Origin: a virus
Taxonomy: Duplodnaviria; Caudoviricetes
IMG/VR virus record: IMGVR_UViG_3300044991_001466
Strand: one strand, 5' to 3'
Length of the DNA: 64,000 nucleotides
Part shown: one piece after another, positions 47,948 through 57,561 of the stretch
How the letters are laid out: each line of letters opens with the position of its first letter
Numbering within the stretch: the first letter of the stretch is position 1
Made by a program: the position numbers and the translations under genes
Notes under the pieces: model-generated
What the model was told of the DNA's origin: nothing
The model's input: the letters and a program-made list of their open reading frames with translations, nothing else
Databases searched by the model: none

Positions 47948-50683
47948 ATGAAAATATTAGCTCACACATGTTTTATTGGAGTAACAGGATATGCTAATCA
48001 CGCAAAGTCCTTTTTTTGTGCTCTGAACAAATACCACACAGTAAAGGTTAGAAATTCAACGGTAGGTAGTGGATGGAAAGGGATGAATGACACTCCACAC
48101 GATAATGAGACCTATATAACCAACGAAATGAAGGATATGTTAATCCTTCAAACCCTTAACAATTCGGACGGTAGTAGGTCAGATTACCCCATTTATGGGT
48201 ATGATGGTGGATTTAAACCGGATGTTCACATTGTTTTGGTGGACACTAATAACTATTATTTCTATGAAAATTATGAGGGATATAAAATAGCATATAATGT
48301 TTGGGAATCAACACGTTATCCTGATGATTTCTTTCAAAGATTACATTACTTTGATGAAGTATGGGTACCAACCCAATGGCAATTTGATTGTTTAGTTGAA
48401 CAGGGTTACCCATCACATAAAATATCAATCGTTCCTGAGGGAGTTGATGTGGAGACATTTAAACCGTTAACTGAATTCCCGAAAAGAGATAAGAAAAGAT
48501 TTGTGTTGTTTGGTAGATGGGAGTGGAGAAAAGGAACCACTGAAATATTACAAGCATTTGCAGAAGAGTTCAAAGACCAAGATGATATTGAGTTAATCGC
48601 ATCAGTTGAGAACCCATATCCATCGGATGGTCTTAAGACCACTGAAGAAAGAATTAAACATTACGGTATCGACACCAAGAACATTAAGTTTGTTAAGTTT
48701 CCATTACAAACCGAATATGTTAATTATTTACAAACGGCCCATGCTTTTATTTCTTGTGCAAGAAGTGAAGGTTGGAATTTACCATTGATTGAGGCCATGG
48801 CTTGTGGAACACCATCTTTATATTCAAATTGGGGAGGACAATTACAATTTACATTAGATAAAGGTGTACCGGTTTCAATTAAAGGATTAACTCCCGCTAA
48901 TCACGAACACAAAGATTTCCCTGGTGAATATTGTGAACCTGATTGGGAAGATTTAAGATTTAAAATGCGTCAAGCTTATGATTATGATACTGCAATGTGG
49001 ATTACATCAAACGCAGACTCAAAAAGAATTCATAAAGATTTTAATTGGGATACAATAGCGAAAGGTGCGTGTAAAATCCTTGAAAATAAGTTTGATGATT
49101 TTGCTTTCATAACAACAGGCAACATTGGTTATATGCCGGTGATTGAAAAGTTAGTTCAATCACTATTAGAATTTTCTAAACGTAAGATTATAGTATATGG
49201 TATCGATTGTGAGGTTCCATTTGATTATCCAAATATCATTAAAAGAACTATAACAACACAAAAGATATCAGAACATGATAAATGGTATTGGAAACAAATG
49301 GCGTGTATTGAATCAGTTAATGAAGGTTTTGATAACTACGTTTGGATGGATGGAGATGTTGTTGTCAACTATAACGTTGACGATATTAAAAAATATTTCT
49401 CAGAAATTGAAAACTACCCAATATCCGATATACACGTACAAGAAGAATTTTTTGGTTGGTATGATGATGGAAAAAATTCGCAACTATTCAACGAACAAGT
49501 TGCAAATGATTGGGGGGTAGAAAAACAACAACCATATATGCATGTTTGTATGTATGTCTATAATAAAGAATGTAAATGGTGGTTTGAAGAAATTATAAGT
49601 CATTACGTGAAAGTTATGAAGGATGGAGGTAAAGATTACAAACGTCTATACCTATGGAATGATGAAGGTATTGATAATGCGATGAGATGGAAGTATAATT
49701 TTAAAAAACATTTACCACTATCGAACTTTGATACATCATCCTATGATGGTGATGATGGAATGACAGATGAAACACAACATCATTTCTTAAAGTTTTGGAA
49801 CGAGGAAGGTCCACAGAATTTCAATAGAGTATTTGGATATCAAGCAATACCTAAAGATAAAAATCAAATTTTATATTTCCACGGTAATAAGAATGCCGAT
49901 ATGTCTGATTTCATGATGAATTTTATCAAAATGAAACGTGACGATAGTTTCTATAAATCAGAACAATTCTACACATCATTAGATGTTAATACATATAAGT
50001 TAGAGAACTTAGGTGACATCAAGGATGTACAAGGAGGTACTATGGAAATTGCCGATAAGTATGGATGGGCTCGAGCAATTTATCATGAGATTTTTAATTT
50101 ACACGATTACTATAAAGGTGGTAATGAAAGAAGAATAAACGAAGGTGATGTTGTAGTTGATTTAGGTGGTAATATGGGAATCTTTAATAGATGGGCTTAT
50201 CATCAAGGGGCAAGTAAAGTAATTTCATTTGAACCGGATAGAAGATATTTTAAATTACTTTCACTTAATGCAGACCCACGTTCAATATTGTTCAACGCAG
50301 CCGTTGCTCACGAAATGGGAGAACTTAATTTATTTGAGAGTACTCACTTAGGTGGATCAAATGTTTTTGGAATTGAAGGTCAGGATGGGTATAGTGTTAA
50401 AACATACACTTTAGATTATCTTTTTGAAAGTGGTTTAATTGACCATATTGATTTTCTTAAAGTTGATATTGAAGGTGCGGAATATGCGGCATTTGCAGGT
50501 ATCAGTGATGAGAACTTACAAAAAGTTAAAACCATTGCTATGGAATATCATAATAGTCATTTTAATTTTGATGATGAATTAAGATCAAACTTCATTAAAA
50601 AAATGAACGGATTAGGGTTTAATTCATACCTATTATTTATGGGAAACAATAACGCTTTACAAATGATATATTTTTGGAAATGA
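47948..50683 (+). CDS. Three-domain fusion: GT4 glycosyltransferase + GT-A glycosyltransferase + FkbM methyltransferase
   Basis: GT4: VPEGVD..F.P, GRWEWRKG, SEGWNLPLIEAMACGTP. GT-A: YVWMDGDVVV, WNDEG. FkbM: VVDLGGNMGIF, SFEPD, IDFLKVDIEGAEY. Confidence 0.85.
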   Translation: MKILAHTCFIGVTGYANHAKSFFCALNKYHTVKVRNSTVGSGWKGMNDTPHDNETYITNEMKDMLILQTLNNSDGSRSDYPIYGYDGGFKPDVHIVLVDTNNYYFYENYEGYKIAYNVWESTRYPDDFFQRLHYFDEVWVPTQWQFDCLVEQGYPSHKISIVPEGVDVETFKPLTEFPKRDKKRFVLFGRWEWRKGTTEILQAFAEEFKDQDDIELIASVENPYPSDGLKTTEERIKHYGIDTKNIKFVKFPLQTEYVNYLQTAHAFISCARSEGWNLPLIEAMACGTPSLYSNWGGQLQFTLDKGVPVSIKGLTPANHEHKDFPGEYCEPDWEDLRFKMRQAYDYDTAMWITSNADSKRIHKDFNWDTIAKGACKILENKFDDFAFITTGNIGYMPVIEKLVQSLLEFSKRKIIVYGIDCEVPFDYPNIIKRTITTQKISEHDKWYWKQMACIESVNEGFDNYVWMDGDVVVNYNVDDIKKYFSEIENYPISDIHVQEEFFGWYDDGKNSQLFNEQVANDWGVEKQQPYMHVCMYVYNKECKWWFEEIISHYVKVMKDGGKDYKRLYLWNDEGIDNAMRWKYNFKKHLPLSNFDTSSYDGDDGMTDETQHHFLKFWNEEGPQNFNRVFGYQAIPKDKNQILYFHGNKNADMSDFMMNFIKMKRDDSFYKSEQFYTSLDVNTYKLENLGDIKDVQGGTMEIADKYGWARAIYHEIFNLHDYYKGGNERRINEGDVVVDLGGNMGIFNRWAYHQGASKVISFEPDRRYFKLLSLNADPRSILFNAAVAHEMGELNLFESTHLGGSNVFGIEGQDGYSVKTYTLDYLFESGLIDHIDFLKVDIEGAEYAAFAGISDENLQKVKTIAMEYHNSHFNFDDELRSNFIKKMNGLGFNSYLLFMGNNNALQMIYFWK

Positions 50684-51342
50684 GTACATTAAATAATTTG
50701 GCTAAAATACACGGAACGGATAAGTCTTCAGATAATCACAATTATTGTGTTAAATATGAAAAGTATTTACCATTTAACAGATACGATAAGTTAAACATAT
50801 TGGAAATTGGTGTCTTAGATGGTAAATCACTATTAACTTGGAAGGATTATTTTTATCGTTCTAATATTTTAGGTGTTGACATTAATCCTGATTGTAAAAA
50901 ATATGAAGAACCACGAATCTCTATCGAAATTGGTTCGCAGGATGATGGTAAATTCTTATCAAGAACTTGGCAACAATATGGCCCATTTGATATGATATTA
51001 GATGATGGGTCACATATGAATGAACACGTAATTTATTCATTTGAACATTTATTCGGTTCAGTTAAATCGGGTGGTGTGTACGTAATTGAGGACGTTGCAA
51101 CCTCATACTTCCCTTGGTACGGTGGGGGTTTAAATGACCCTAAGAGTATGATGGAATACTTCAAGAAATTGACTGACGACATTAACTTTAGAGGTGTAGA
51201 GAACTTAGATGACCAAGATGCGGTGTGGGATAGGCGTGAAGATAAATTAATACCCTATTCAAGTAAAGTACAACCTGATTGTAGAACTGATATAGAATCA
51301 ATAACCTTCCTTAACGGAATTATAATAATAACAAAAAGATAA
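50680..51342 (+). CDS. Class I SAM methyltransferase (sugar O-methyltransferase, MycE/ElmM-like)
   Basis: ATGA-coupled start at 50680; HGTDK, ILEIGV, GSQDD, GPFDMILDDGSH, GGVYVIED. Confidence 0.8.
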   Translation: MSTLNNLAKIHGTDKSSDNHNYCVKYEKYLPFNRYDKLNILEIGVLDGKSLLTWKDYFYRSNILGVDINPDCKKYEEPRISIEIGSQDDGKFLSRTWQQYGPFDMILDDGSHMNEHVIYSFEHLFGSVKSGGVYVIEDVATSYFPWYGGGLNDPKSMMEYFKKLTDDINFRGVENLDDQDAVWDRREDKLIPYSSKVQPDCRTDIESITFLNGIIIITKR

Positions 51343-53471
51343 TGGGATATACACAATTTACTGAAGATGTGTTTGTGGTCGATTGCTGGCCAGATAATAA
51401 AGATAAAGAAAACGTTTTAAAGAAATTACTAACAAGTTTAAAGGTTTATAATTGTCCAATTATATTATGTGGACATTATCCTGTAAATCCTGATATTCAA
51501 AAATTGGCAGATTATTACATTTACGATTCAAATAACGATGTTTTATTGGAGAAAGATTTTGAAGAGTATGGAGTTAATAGTGATAGATGGACTGACATGG
51601 GAAACTATAAAATAACCAATAAAGTTGAGTTTCATCATGATTATGCCATTTGGTTAACAATGAAAAACGCATTTAATTTGGTTAAACAATTAGGAAAAAA
51701 ATATATTCATTTCTTGGAATACGATAACTTACCCGACGAAACTCAATATCGTCAGGCGTTTATGGAATATATGAGAAGTAACGATGCGGTTGTGTACGAA
51801 TATTCGGAAGGCTCAACCAAAGAAGAAAACCCATACAGTGCAACCTATCTATTTTCAATAAAAACTGATATCGCAATCGAATTAGTAAGTAAAATTAACA
51901 GTAAAGAAGAATACTTTAAAAATAAACCAAATAGATGGCAGTTAGAAAAGGTATTTTATCAAACATTAAAAAGTATCACTAATAATATTTTTGTAAGTAA
52001 GTACATCGCTAACGATAACGAACTAAACATATTTGCCGCATGGAATAGAAATGGGATTACAAAAAATGGTGCTCGTTTACAAACCTATTTAGGTGTGGAC
52101 GATTTTAATCAACTATATGTTCATTTCATTTCAGGATTTTCAGAGAAACCCGCTAACTTAGATTATTTGGTTGAAATTAATTACGGGAGTTTTAAAAAAT
52201 TCTTAACGGTTAAGAAGGGACAATACATTTTAGAGAAAATTGATGAATATCGTCAAGGACAATCTTTTCAAGTTTTCTATAGAGGAGTTGAAATTTTTAA
52301 CCAAGAATTAACAAATGATGTTGAGGAATTTAAAAGAAAAAATAAAGTAATCAAACGTAATAGTGGAATTAATAATAAGAAAAATATCATAGCACATTTT
52401 GTTGATGGTCCATTTTTAGAAATTAAAGAAGACGGTGATAATTTATACAACGTACAATTCATAAATAAGAAAAACAATAAAATTGAATTTGAAATTAATT
52501 TAAAGAGTAATCATTGGTGTAGGTCTGCAAAAAAATACTACGTTGATTGGTTAGTTAAGATTAAAGGAATTGATAATGATTTTTATTATGAATACGGTTT
52601 AGACTTTAAAGGTAAACAGGTGATGATTTGTTTTGAATCAAAATCTTTGGGAGATAGTTTAGCTTGGGTACCATATGTTGAGAAGTTTAGAAAAGAAAAT
52701 AATTGTGAGGTTGTTTGTTCAACGTTCCATAATGATTTGTTTAAATCAGAATATCCTAATATTAAATTTGTGTTACCCGGCACTTCAGTAGATGACGTAT
52801 ATGCCTTATATCGTTTAGGTATATTTTATGATGATAAACGTAATATTGATTACACCAAACATATTACCGACCCTAAAAAAGAACCACTATTAAAAGTTGC
52901 GTCTGATATTTTAGGTTTATCTTATGAAGAATTGAGACCCAAGTTAAAAAAATTAGGTAAAAAGAAACAAAAAAGAGTTTGTATTGGAATACATTCAACC
53001 GCTCAATGTAAATATTGGAATAATCCAACTGGTTGGCAAGATGTGGTTAACTACCTTAAAAATGAAGGATATGAGGTTAGACTATTATCAAAAGAGGAAA
53101 ATGGTTACATGGGGAACACACACCCAACAGGAATTACACTTCAACCAACAGGTTCAATAGATAAATTAATAAAAACTTTGCAGGAGTCTGAATTATTTAT
53201 AGGTATAAGTAGTGGTTTAAGTTGGTTATCATGGGCAACTGAAACCCCAACTGTTATTATTTCTGGTTTCACCGACGTTGATTTAGAACCAATAGATGGT
53301 GTAACAAGAATAATTAATAAAAATGTTTGTAATAGTTGTTGGTCAAATCACGATTTTGATCCTGGAGATTGGAATTGGTGTCCCGAATTAAAAAACACGG
53401 AAAGACAGTTTGAATGTTCAAAATCCATCACATCAACACAAGTCATAGATGAAATTAAAAAATTAATATAA
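51342..53471 (+). CDS. GT-like N-terminal domain + TibC/Aah-like (BAHT) protein O-glycosyltransferase
   Basis: HFVDGPFLEI, SKSLGDSLAW, CKYWNN..GW, FIGISSGLSWLSWA, and the Cys motif CNSCW...WCP...RQFECSKSIT as in TibC. Confidence 0.82.
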   Translation: MGYTQFTEDVFVVDCWPDNKDKENVLKKLLTSLKVYNCPIILCGHYPVNPDIQKLADYYIYDSNNDVLLEKDFEEYGVNSDRWTDMGNYKITNKVEFHHDYAIWLTMKNAFNLVKQLGKKYIHFLEYDNLPDETQYRQAFMEYMRSNDAVVYEYSEGSTKEENPYSATYLFSIKTDIAIELVSKINSKEEYFKNKPNRWQLEKVFYQTLKSITNNIFVSKYIANDNELNIFAAWNRNGITKNGARLQTYLGVDDFNQLYVHFISGFSEKPANLDYLVEINYGSFKKFLTVKKGQYILEKIDEYRQGQSFQVFYRGVEIFNQELTNDVEEFKRKNKVIKRNSGINNKKNIIAHFVDGPFLEIKEDGDNLYNVQFINKKNNKIEFEINLKSNHWCRSAKKYYVDWLVKIKGIDNDFYYEYGLDFKGKQVMICFESKSLGDSLAWVPYVEKFRKENNCEVVCSTFHNDLFKSEYPNIKFVLPGTSVDDVYALYRLGIFYDDKRNIDYTKHITDPKKEPLLKVASDILGLSYEELRPKLKKLGKKKQKRVCIGIHSTAQCKYWNNPTGWQDVVNYLKNEGYEVRLLSKEENGYMGNTHPTGITLQPTGSIDKLIKTLQESELFIGISSGLSWLSWATETPTVIISGFTDVDLEPIDGVTRIINKNVCNSCWSNHDFDPGDWNWCPELKNTERQFECSKSITSTQVIDEIKKLI

Positions 53472-53509
53472 AAATTTTAAAGTTTTAACCATAAAGATGA
53501 AATACTGAG

Positions 53510-53516
53510 TATTTAT
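53510..53516 (+). promoter_or_regulatory. TATTTAT motif, candidate late promoter
   Basis: GAGTATTTAT 20 nt upstream of ATG 53537; part of the palindrome AATACT-g-AGTATT. Confidence 0.5.
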
Positions 53517-53536
53517 ATGAATAATAACATATAATT

Positions 53537-55018
53537 ATGAAAATATTTGATCCGATTATAACTGGTTCGGCAACAATTACGGGAGATTTAACCGTAAATG
53601 GTACAATAAACGCGACTATTAGTGGTACTACCTCAAATGCATTAACCATAAACACAACTGGTTCTGCACGTTTGGCTACCACAGGTAGTAACTTATTTGT
53701 TGGAAATCAAACTGTAAGTGGTTCTATTGTCCCTTCAGTTAATGATGTCTACGATTTAGGTAGTTTAACATATCAATGGAGAGATTTATATCTTTCTTCA
53801 GGTTCATTATATATTGACGGAACCCAAGTACTATCCTCAAATGCTACAGAGGTAATTTTCTCAACAGATACTGGTCAATCGATTAAATTGAATGAAGCGG
53901 GTACTGATACTATTACATTACAAACGGTAGATGGTAATATTGAATTAAAATCATCAGGTGGAGGTGATATAACATTGGACCCAACTGCCGGTTTAATTAC
54001 CGTTAAGGGTACATTACAAATGCAAGATGGTAATAAAATCACAAGTTCGGGAGCAAGTAAAGTTGTTGTTGGAAATGATTTAGAAGTTACAGGGTCTATA
54101 CGTACCACTGGAACATTGGTTATGAATGGAGTTTCATTCAGTGCAATGACGTCAGGTACTTCAGGTTCAAGTGGTTCTTCAGGAACTTCGGGATCTAATG
54201 GTTCTTCAGGAACATCAGGTTCTTCAGGTTCTTCAGGAACATCAGGTTCAAGTGGGTCATCTGGAACATCAGGTTCTAGTGGTTCATCAGGTTCTAACGG
54301 TTCATCAGGTACTTCAGGTTCAAGTGGGTCATCTGGAACCTCAGGTTCTTCAGGTTCTTCAGGAACATCAGGTTCATCAGGTTCTAATGGTTCTTCAGGA
54401 TCATCAGGCACTTCAGGTTCAAGTGGTTCATCAGGAACATCAGGTTCATCAGGTTCTAACGGTTCATCAGGAACATCAGGTTCATCAGGTTCTAACGGTT
54501 CATCAGGTTCTAATGGTTCTTCAGGTTCTTCAGGTACAACTACAATTACAAACGCGTCTGCTGACCGTGTAATGACAAGTGAAGGTGGCGTTACCTTAAA
54601 TGGTGAAGCAAGTTTAACATTTAACGGAACAACTCTATATGTGGCTGGAGCATTAGGTGTGGGTACATCAACACCAGTAACCACAGGTTTAATTAGAGCA
54701 ACAAATGACGTTATAGCCTACTATGGTTCTGATGAAAGATTAAAAGAAAATATTCAATCAATTACAGGTTCTTTAGATATATTAAAACAAATCAACGGTT
54801 ATTATTTCGATTGGAAAGAAATGCCGGGTATACATGAGAACGAAGGTCACGATATTGGGGTAATAGCACAAGAAATTAACTCAGTTTTACCTGAAATTGT
54901 AACTACAAGAGACAATGGTTATATGGCTGTTAAATACGAAAAATTAGTTGCTTTGTTAATTCAAACAAACAAAGAATTGTTAATTCGTGTTGAGGCTTTA
55001 GAATCTAAAATAAAATAG
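53537..55018 (+). CDS. Tail fibre protein with SSG repeat and peptidase S74-like chaperone (paralogue of 4731)
   Basis: Shares the IVPSVN..YDLGS...LYLSSGSLYIDG...GNKITSSGA.KVV.GND.EVTGSIRT module. C-terminus SDERLKENI...IGVIAQEI...LPEIV...VKYEKLVALLI. Confidence 0.85.
   Translation: MKIFDPIITGSATITGDLTVNGTINATISGTTSNALTINTTGSARLATTGSNLFVGNQTVSGSIVPSVNDVYDLGSLTYQWRDLYLSSGSLYIDGTQVLSSNATEVIFSTDTGQSIKLNEAGTDTITLQTVDGNIELKSSGGGDITLDPTAGLITVKGTLQMQDGNKITSSGASKVVVGNDLEVTGSIRTTGTLVMNGVSFSAMTSGTSGSSGSSGTSGSNGSSGTSGSSGSSGTSGSSGSSGTSGSSGSSGSNGSSGTSGSSGSSGTSGSSGSSGTSGSSGSNGSSGSSGTSGSSGSSGTSGSSGSNGSSGTSGSSGSNGSSGSNGSSGSSGTTTITNASADRVMTSEGGVTLNGEASLTFNGTTLYVAGALGVGTSTPVTTGLIRATNDVIAYYGSDERLKENIQSITGSLDILKQINGYYFDWKEMPGIHENEGHDIGVIAQEINSVLPEIVTTRDNGYMAVKYEKLVALLIQTNKELLIRVEALESKIK
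54149..54535 (+). repeat. Collagen-like SSG repeat, about 43 triplets
   Basis: TSGTSGSSGSSGTSGSNG... encoded by the same codon mosaic as the other blocks. Confidence 0.95.
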
Positions 55019-55031
55019 ATAAATTAGGAAG

Positions 55032-55069
55032 TACTCACTATGTTCTAAAAAAATATAGTGAGTATTTAT
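55032..55069 (+). other. 10-bp inverted repeat overlapping a TATTTAT motif (weak terminator or regulatory hairpin)
   Basis: TACTCACTAT (55032-55041) and ATAGTGAGTA (55055-55064); TATTTAT at 55063-55069. Confidence 0.55.
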
Positions 55070-55099
55070 AAAAAGAATTTAATTAAATAATTATATATC

Positions 55100-55327
55100 A
55101 TGGGTGTAGTACCAGCAACAGGATCCGAAGTAAGTATGGGAAAAATAAGCGTAGTGTTAGGTTTATTTGCTAACACAGGTACTGTAGCGAATCTTGGATT
55201 AAACTCGTCATTAGGTGTTGGTCGTAATAGAACCACTTCAGGTGTGGCAAGTGTTGCCTCAGGTTCTGAAATTGCTGAAGGTTCAGGATTTGGTGGATTA
55301 TCAGGTTCAGGAGTATACCCACCTTAA
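55100..55327 (+). CDS. Small Gly/Ser-rich fibre-associated protein
   Basis: MGVVPATGSEVSMGKI...LG resembles small proteins that often follow S74 fibre genes. Confidence 0.55.
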   Translation: MGVVPATGSEVSMGKISVVLGLFANTGTVANLGLNSSLGVGRNRTTSGVASVASGSEIAEGSGFGGLSGSGVYPP

Positions 55328-55330
55328 TAT

Positions 55331-55359
55331 TTGATTTTACTAAAATTTTTATTTATATT
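55331..55359 (+). promoter_or_regulatory. Promoter TTGATT-N17-TATATT
   Basis: 6 nt upstream of ATG 55366. Confidence 0.65.
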
Positions 55360-55365
55360 ATATGT

Positions 55366-55809
55366 ATGAATATTACGTATAATAAAACCCCATCAAAATA
55401 CGAATTAGAATACGTTAAATGGAATGGAATTAACTTTGATAGGGAAATCCTTATTAAGTTTATAAAACGTCTTAAAGTGACGTTTTTTTTGTCGTTTATA
55501 CCACAATACAAAAGAGAACATAAAATTTTAAAAAACATTCTAAGTACATACGATGATGTTCGTATTAAGGGATTGTTAAATAATGACGAGAACATCGTTA
55601 GATTATGTTTTATTGAAAAATGGGCAAGAATTGCCGCCACAGATATCCTATTAACAAACGTATATTCAAGAGAGACCTTCACAACAATTAGTAATTTACC
55701 AATACGTGATTATCAATTACTATTAAAAAGAACCGAAGAGTTAATAATTTCAGGTAGAAATCTTGCCATCCAAAGTAACAATGTCTCAAATGACATACCA
55801 GGTTTATAA
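55366..55809 (+). CDS. Hypothetical protein
   Basis: 147-aa ORF behind a clear promoter, TAATG-coupled to the next gene. Confidence 0.65.
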   Translation: MNITYNKTPSKYELEYVKWNGINFDREILIKFIKRLKVTFFLSFIPQYKREHKILKNILSTYDDVRIKGLLNNDENIVRLCFIEKWARIAATDILLTNVYSRETFTTISNLPIRDYQLLLKRTEELIISGRNLAIQSNNVSNDIPGL

Positions 55810-56450
55810 TGAAAAACATTAATAATAGCACATTATGGGATGTTAAGCCCATTAAATTATCAATATTAGTCCCAACTAGAGACACCGTACATTCACATTT
55901 CTCATATTGTTTGGCTCAATTATATAAAACAACTTCAGATGTTGGAATTGATGTTAGTTTATATTACGATTCAAGTACGATTCTAACAAATCAAAGGGGT
56001 AGATTGGTCAATATGGCTATTGAATCTAAATCAGATTATATGTTGTGGTTGGATAGTGATATGATGTTCCCCCAGACCACCGCCATTCGTCTTTTAGAAC
56101 ACAATAAGGACATTGTGGCGTGTAACTATATGAGACGTACAAAACCTCTTAAAACGGTTGCATATACCGATTTAAATGATTGGGATAGTTGGTTACCTAT
56201 GGAACCTAAAGACGAGTTAATTAAAGTACAAGGCGTGGGTATGGGTTGTATGTTAGTAAAAACAGACATATTCAAAAACATTACCAAACCATACTTTGAA
56301 TTCACCTACAAAGAGGACACAGATGATTGGCATGGAGAAGATTTTAACCTTCTTAGAAAATTTAGAGAAGTTGGATATGACGTACATATTGACACCATAT
56401 TAAGTATGGATATTAAACATGTTGGAATGTATGCTTTCGGAGCTGAGTAA
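55809..56450 (+). CDS. GT-A fold glycosyltransferase (GT2-like)
   Basis: ILVPTRD, R..LV..A, MLWLDSDMMFP, GVGMGCML, GEDF, H.G. Confidence 0.75.
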   Translation: MKNINNSTLWDVKPIKLSILVPTRDTVHSHFSYCLAQLYKTTSDVGIDVSLYYDSSTILTNQRGRLVNMAIESKSDYMLWLDSDMMFPQTTAIRLLEHNKDIVACNYMRRTKPLKTVAYTDLNDWDSWLPMEPKDELIKVQGVGMGCMLVKTDIFKNITKPYFEFTYKEDTDDWHGEDFNLLRKFREVGYDVHIDTILSMDIKHVGMYAFGAE

Positions 56451-56451
56451 T

Positions 56452-57561
56452 TTACAAATCTTTTAAAATCTCTACCGTTAAATTACCAATTTTATATGTT
56501 CCTGGTGAGTATTGTTGAACGGCCAATCTTAATGTTGTTAAAACATTGAAATCATCTTGTGTGATTTCTGATGAGATGTTAACCATCACATCTACGTCTG
56601 GTTTATCCTCAAACTTAGATTTCAAATCATATCTTGTTGTTTCTTGTTCAAATTTAATATAGTCCGTTGGTAATGAATCCGTTTTAATTTTATCAAAGAA
56701 AGGTTCTAACAATTCAACATATTGATTGTTATTTGTTGTTAATCCTAACGATATTTTTTTAAATGTAAAATCATCTTGAGTTTGATAACCTAATTGATTA
56801 AATGTTGAGATGGTTATACCCCATTTCCTAACAAAATTTCTATTTGAAAAGATTTCAATGGACTGTCTTTTATCTTTCATTTCATCACTAAATCTTGATG
56901 TTTGAGATACGAAATGATATGTGATAGAGCATTCGGTTGTTTTTAATTTATATCCTTTTAATTTTGCTCTAATTAAAAAATCATCATCTTCACAAAAACA
57001 TGGTACAAAACTAAATCCATCAAAACCACCCAAATCAACAAACATTTCTTTACGACCACTCATAAAAAATACTGCACCATCATATAGTTCACATTTATTA
57101 TTATTTTCTTTAACGTATTTGTTAAACTTTTTTTGATTAAAATTATTAAAACCAGTTCCCAAATCAAGTATCACTTTACCCGGTCTTTTATGTCCTTCAA
57201 AAATTGGTGGTTCAATCGTTGTGTATGATAATAATGTATTTGGATTCTCATCTAACAACCTATCTAAATTTTCTAAAAACCCTTTACCAATGACCATGTC
57301 ATTATGAATAAGAACCAATTTCTCGGTATCAACCAAATCAATACCAGCATTATATGTTTCTGAGAATGTTAATCTATCATCATCATGAAATAAAGATAAG
57401 TTTTCATCATCTAATGATTCTAACCATTCTTTTGTTCCATCTGAAGAACCACCACTACTAATGACTAATGGGGCTTTTGGATAAACTTTACGAAGATTTT
57501 TATAACATTCTTTTGTTAATTCTAACTTATTGTAAACGGCTAATACGAAACTTATATTCAT
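56452..57561 (-). CDS. GT2 family glycosyltransferase
   Basis: ISFVLAVYN, GSSDGT, LIHNDMV, GGFD, FCEDDDF, YHFVS. Confidence 0.85.
   Translation of the reverse strand: MNISFVLAVYNKLELTKECYKNLRKVYPKAPLVISSGGSSDGTKEWLESLDDENLSLFHDDDRLTFSETYNAGIDLVDTEKLVLIHNDMVIGKGFLENLDRLLDENPNTLLSYTTIEPPIFEGHKRPGKVILDLGTGFNNFNQKKFNKYVKENNNKCELYDGAVFFMSGRKEMFVDLGGFDGFSFVPCFCEDDDFLIRAKLKGYKLKTTECSITYHFVSQTSRFSDEMKDKRQSIEIFSNRNFVRKWGITISTFNQLGYQTQDDFTFKKISLGLTTNNNQYVELLEPFFDKIKTDSLPTDYIKFEQETTRYDLKSKFEDKPDVDVMVNISSEITQDDFNVLTTLRLAVQQYSPGTYKIGNLTVEILKDL

Noticed and set aside
336-54572. Alternative-frame sense ORFs with VLQVHQ/QEHQ repeats (336, 1480, 2887, 5662, 7255, 54171)
   Set aside because: These are frameshifted readings of the same SSG repeats.
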